From a bacterium (GTDB taxonomy: Bacteria; Acidobacteriota; Blastocatellia; HR10), in assembly GCA_041640655.1 (NCBI GenBank), contig JBEPZV010000021.1:1-40380 (forward strand): 40,380 bases of DNA, read 5' to 3'. This document shows positions 38,047 to 40,380 of the stretch, piece after piece. Below the pieces are notes generated by a model that did no database searches, was not told the DNA's origin, and worked only from the letters and a program-made list of their open reading frames with translations. How positions within the stretch are numbered: position 1 is the stretch's first letter; each line of letters opens with the position of its first letter. A program made the translations under genes and the position numbers.

Positions 38047-38780
38047 GTTCGCCCCCGCTTTCCTCAACGCCCATCATGACCGTGACGCCTGCGAGGTCAA
38101 CGGGACCGCTGAGCGAAGGGGTGAGCGTTCTGCTGACCACGCGGATGCTCCCGGCGACGTTCTTCCTCATGGTGGCGCTCGCGCGCCTGTCGAAGGTGCC
38201 GCGCCTTTTCCCCCTCCCCCCTGCCGAGGCGGGTGCGCTCGCTCGAGCGACCGCGCTCGCGCATATCGTCTATCACGGTTCGGTGATCTTCTTCCTCTTG
38301 CTCATCACCGGACTCATCATCGTGCGCCCGCAACCACTACGAAAGGGTACCGGATGGGGGCCTCGTCTCACGGCCCTTGTGGGCTCGTTTTTGCTGTCTT
38401 TCCTCGCCGCCTCTCCACACGCCGAACCGACGTTGCTTCGCACAACGAGCGCGATGATCCTCATGGTCGGGGGGAGCGCGATCACCATCGCCGCTCTGCT
38501 CGCACTGGGGCGCTCCTTCAGCATCTTCCCCGAAGCGCGGCGGCTCGTCACGCGCGGCCCGTATGCCGTCGTGCGCCACCCGATGTACCTGGGCGAGATC
38601 CTCGCCGGGCTCGGTCTGACCGTGCAGGTGCTCTCCGAACGCGCCGTGGCGCTCTTCGCCATTTTCCTCACGGCTCAACTGGCGCGCATGCGATATGAAG
38701 AGCAGATCTTGGAGCGCACATTCCCCGACTATGCGACCTACAAACTCCGGACGGCTCGCCTCATCCCACGTCTCTATTGA
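38043..38780 (+). CDS. Isoprenylcysteine carboxyl methyltransferase (ICMT/PEMT) family membrane protein
   Basis: LGRSFS..PEARRLVTRGPYAVVRHPMYLG, R..YEE..L...FPDY..Y; ATGA overlap with the kinase. Confidence 0.85.
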   Translation: MSSPPLSSTPIMTVTPARSTGPLSEGVSVLLTTRMLPATFFLMVALARLSKVPRLFPLPPAEAGALARATALAHIVYHGSVIFFLLLITGLIIVRPQPLRKGTGWGPRLTALVGSFLLSFLAASPHAEPTLLRTTSAMILMVGGSAITIAALLALGRSFSIFPEARRLVTRGPYAVVRHPMYLGEILAGLGLTVQVLSERAVALFAIFLTAQLARMRYEEQILERTFPDYATYKLRTARLIPRLY

Positions 38781-38914
38781 GGCGCTTCTGGAATCGAACC
38801 GCGTCCCGGGCATCCACGAGAAGGCACGCTCCCGGCTGCTCGCCGAGAGAGCGTCGGCGACCTCTCCTTGATGTGAGGAGCTTTCTCCGACTAAGATTGA
38901 GCTTCCTTCGCGAA

Positions 38915-39748
38915 ATGACGGAGGCACGACAGGTCTGTGCGCTCTGCGGTCGGCCTCTCCCGCAGGCCGAAGGCACCGATGCCCTTTGCCCGATATGCCG
39001 GCAGCGCGAAACGCCGCCCGCTTCGGAACGACCGCCGTGGGGACTGGCGGCCGCATTTGGGCTCTGGATGTTTTTCATCTTCGCGATCTCGCTCCTGCCG
39101 GCCCTCGGTGTCTTCTTCTGGGCGGCGGCGCGAGGATACACGCCGACAGATCCCGAGCCTCTGCACAGTCCGGAGGGAACGCTCGTTCAAGTCTCGATGC
39201 TCTTCCTCGCCCATCTGCTGACGCTCGTGGTCGGCTGGGCGGTCGTCACGCAAGGGGCGCGGCGGTCTTTTCTGCACACGCTCGGATGGCGTTGGCACCC
39301 TCGATTTCGCCTGCGCCATGTCCTGTTGACGGTCGGCGGCCTCTATGGACTCATCTTCGCCCTCTCGCTCTTTCTGCCCTCGCGCGAGACGGCTTTCGAC
39401 CGATTGCTTCAAATCTCTCCCTCCGTTCGCATAGTCATCGCCCTCCTGGCCGTGGGCACCGCGCCGCCGGTGGAGGAACTGGTCTACCGCGGCGTGCTCT
39501 ATCCCACGCTCCAGATGCGCCTCGGACGCGCTCGCGCCATCGCCTTCGTCACCCTTTTGTTCGCCCTCGTGCATTATCCGCAGTACAGCGCGAGCACGCT
39601 CATTCTGGTCGCCGTCACCGTGCTCAGCTTCGTCATCACGATGATTCGCGCTTACACCGGGCAACTCCTCCCCTGCGTCGTCACTCACCTCGTCTACAAT
39701 GCCATTGGCGCGGCGCTCATTCTGAGCGGCTACGCGCTCAGCGAGTGA
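38915..39748 (+). CDS. CPBP family (CAAX protease/Abi) intramembrane protease with N-terminal Zn-ribbon
   Basis: APPVEELVYRG, FALVH, HLVYN motifs; N-terminal CALC-x13-CPIC. Confidence 0.88.
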   Translation: MTEARQVCALCGRPLPQAEGTDALCPICRQRETPPASERPPWGLAAAFGLWMFFIFAISLLPALGVFFWAAARGYTPTDPEPLHSPEGTLVQVSMLFLAHLLTLVVGWAVVTQGARRSFLHTLGWRWHPRFRLRHVLLTVGGLYGLIFALSLFLPSRETAFDRLLQISPSVRIVIALLAVGTAPPVEELVYRGVLYPTLQMRLGRARAIAFVTLLFALVHYPQYSASTLILVAVTVLSFVITMIRAYTGQLLPCVVTHLVYNAIGAALILSGYALSE

Positions 39749-39834
39749 GCCTCGGCTCTCCTTCCCTATCCACGTGCGTAATGGCGAGCCGAAGCGCACC
39801 GTGATACAATACTTCCCCGAAAGGGGGAAGACCG

Positions 39835-40380
39835 ATGGGGAACCTGAGATCAGAGGAGCGCGAGGAGCTGTACAAGCGTCTGGAGGAGGCGGTAGGGAGG
39901 ACAGCGGCCGAGACATTGATCGGAGCCATCGAGCAACTCATCGCGCGAGAGACTGCGCGAGCGCTCTCCGATCACCTTCGCGCGCTCCATGAAGTCGTGG
40001 AGCGGATCCTCGAAGGACATGAGCGAACGCGAGAGACTCTCGCCCGACTGATCGAGGCTCAGACGCAAATGGGGGAACGCGTGGGACAACTGGCTGAAGC
40101 TCAGCTCCGAACAGAGGAACAGATAGGGCGGCTGGAGGCTGCCGTGACGCAGCTCGCTCAGGCCCAGGCTCGAACGGAAGAACGGGTGACGCGACTGGAG
40201 GCCATCGTGGAGCAGCTCGTGCAGGCTCAAGCCCGCGCGGAGGAGCGTCTGGAGCGGCTGGAGGCTGCCGTGACGCAGCTCGCTCAGGCCCAGGCTCGAA
40301 CGGAAGAACGGGTGACGCGACTGGAGGCCATCGTGGAGCAGCTCGTGCAGGCTCAAGCCCGCGCGGAGGAGCGTCTGGAG
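39835..40380 (+). CDS. Heptad-repeat coiled-coil protein, truncated by the window end
   Basis: ATG 39835 after AAGGGGGAAG and TGATACAAT; open for 182 codons: [21 protein letters not shown]...[42 protein letters not shown]; absent from the ORF track because it has no stop. Confidence 0.85.
   Translation, partial: MGNLRSEEREELYKRLEEAVGRTAAETLIGAIEQLIARETARALSDHLRALHEVVERILEGHERTRETLARLIEAQTQMGERVGQLAEAQLRTEEQIGRLEAAVTQLAQAQARTEERVTRLEAIVEQLVQAQARAEERLERLEAAVTQLAQAQARTEERVTRLEAIVEQLVQAQARAEERLE
40129..40380 (+). repeat. Perfect 126-bp tandem repeat (2 copies visible), built of 63-bp subunits
   Basis: 40129-40254 is identical to 40255-40380; encodes 42 aa (6 heptads). Confidence 0.95.

Noticed and set aside
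39850..40356. 168-aa minus-strand repeat ORF from the track
   Set aside because: Antisense shadow of the + strand coiled-coil gene, which has an SD, a promoter and a heptad pattern

Overview
GC-rich, gene-dense bacterial chromosomal segment. Gene content (two Oar-like TonB-dependent receptors with carboxypeptidase-regulatory N-domains, an acidobacterial-type pilin, a heptad-repeat coiled-coil protein) suggests Acidobacteriota, possibly a thermophilic Blastocatellia; this is inference only. About 35 CDS were called, mostly housekeeping: thiG, queE, queD, menG/ubiE, pcrA/uvrD, hutH, rmlA-like, SUA5/tsaC, thiolase and GT2s. There is also a pilin plus PilG/H/I-like ABC module and an orphan PAS histidine kinase followed by ICMT-like and CPBP genes. 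No rRNA, tRNA, CRISPR array or transposase was seen. The most notable signals are: (1) a candidate ~60-nt + strand sRNA at ~16710-16770 with its own promoter, an anti-SD/anti-AUG seed and a perfect terminator; (2) a palindromic operator upstream of it that recurs in identical register 20 kb away, upstream of the histidine kinase; (3) a sigma54 promoter with a triple enhancer in front of the first TonB receptor; (4) a pilin-linked ABC ATPase lacking both catalytic residues; (5) a ~250-bp REP/REPIN-like palindrome; (6) a perfect 126-bp coding tandem repeat at the window end. All calls are by eye, with no database searches run.
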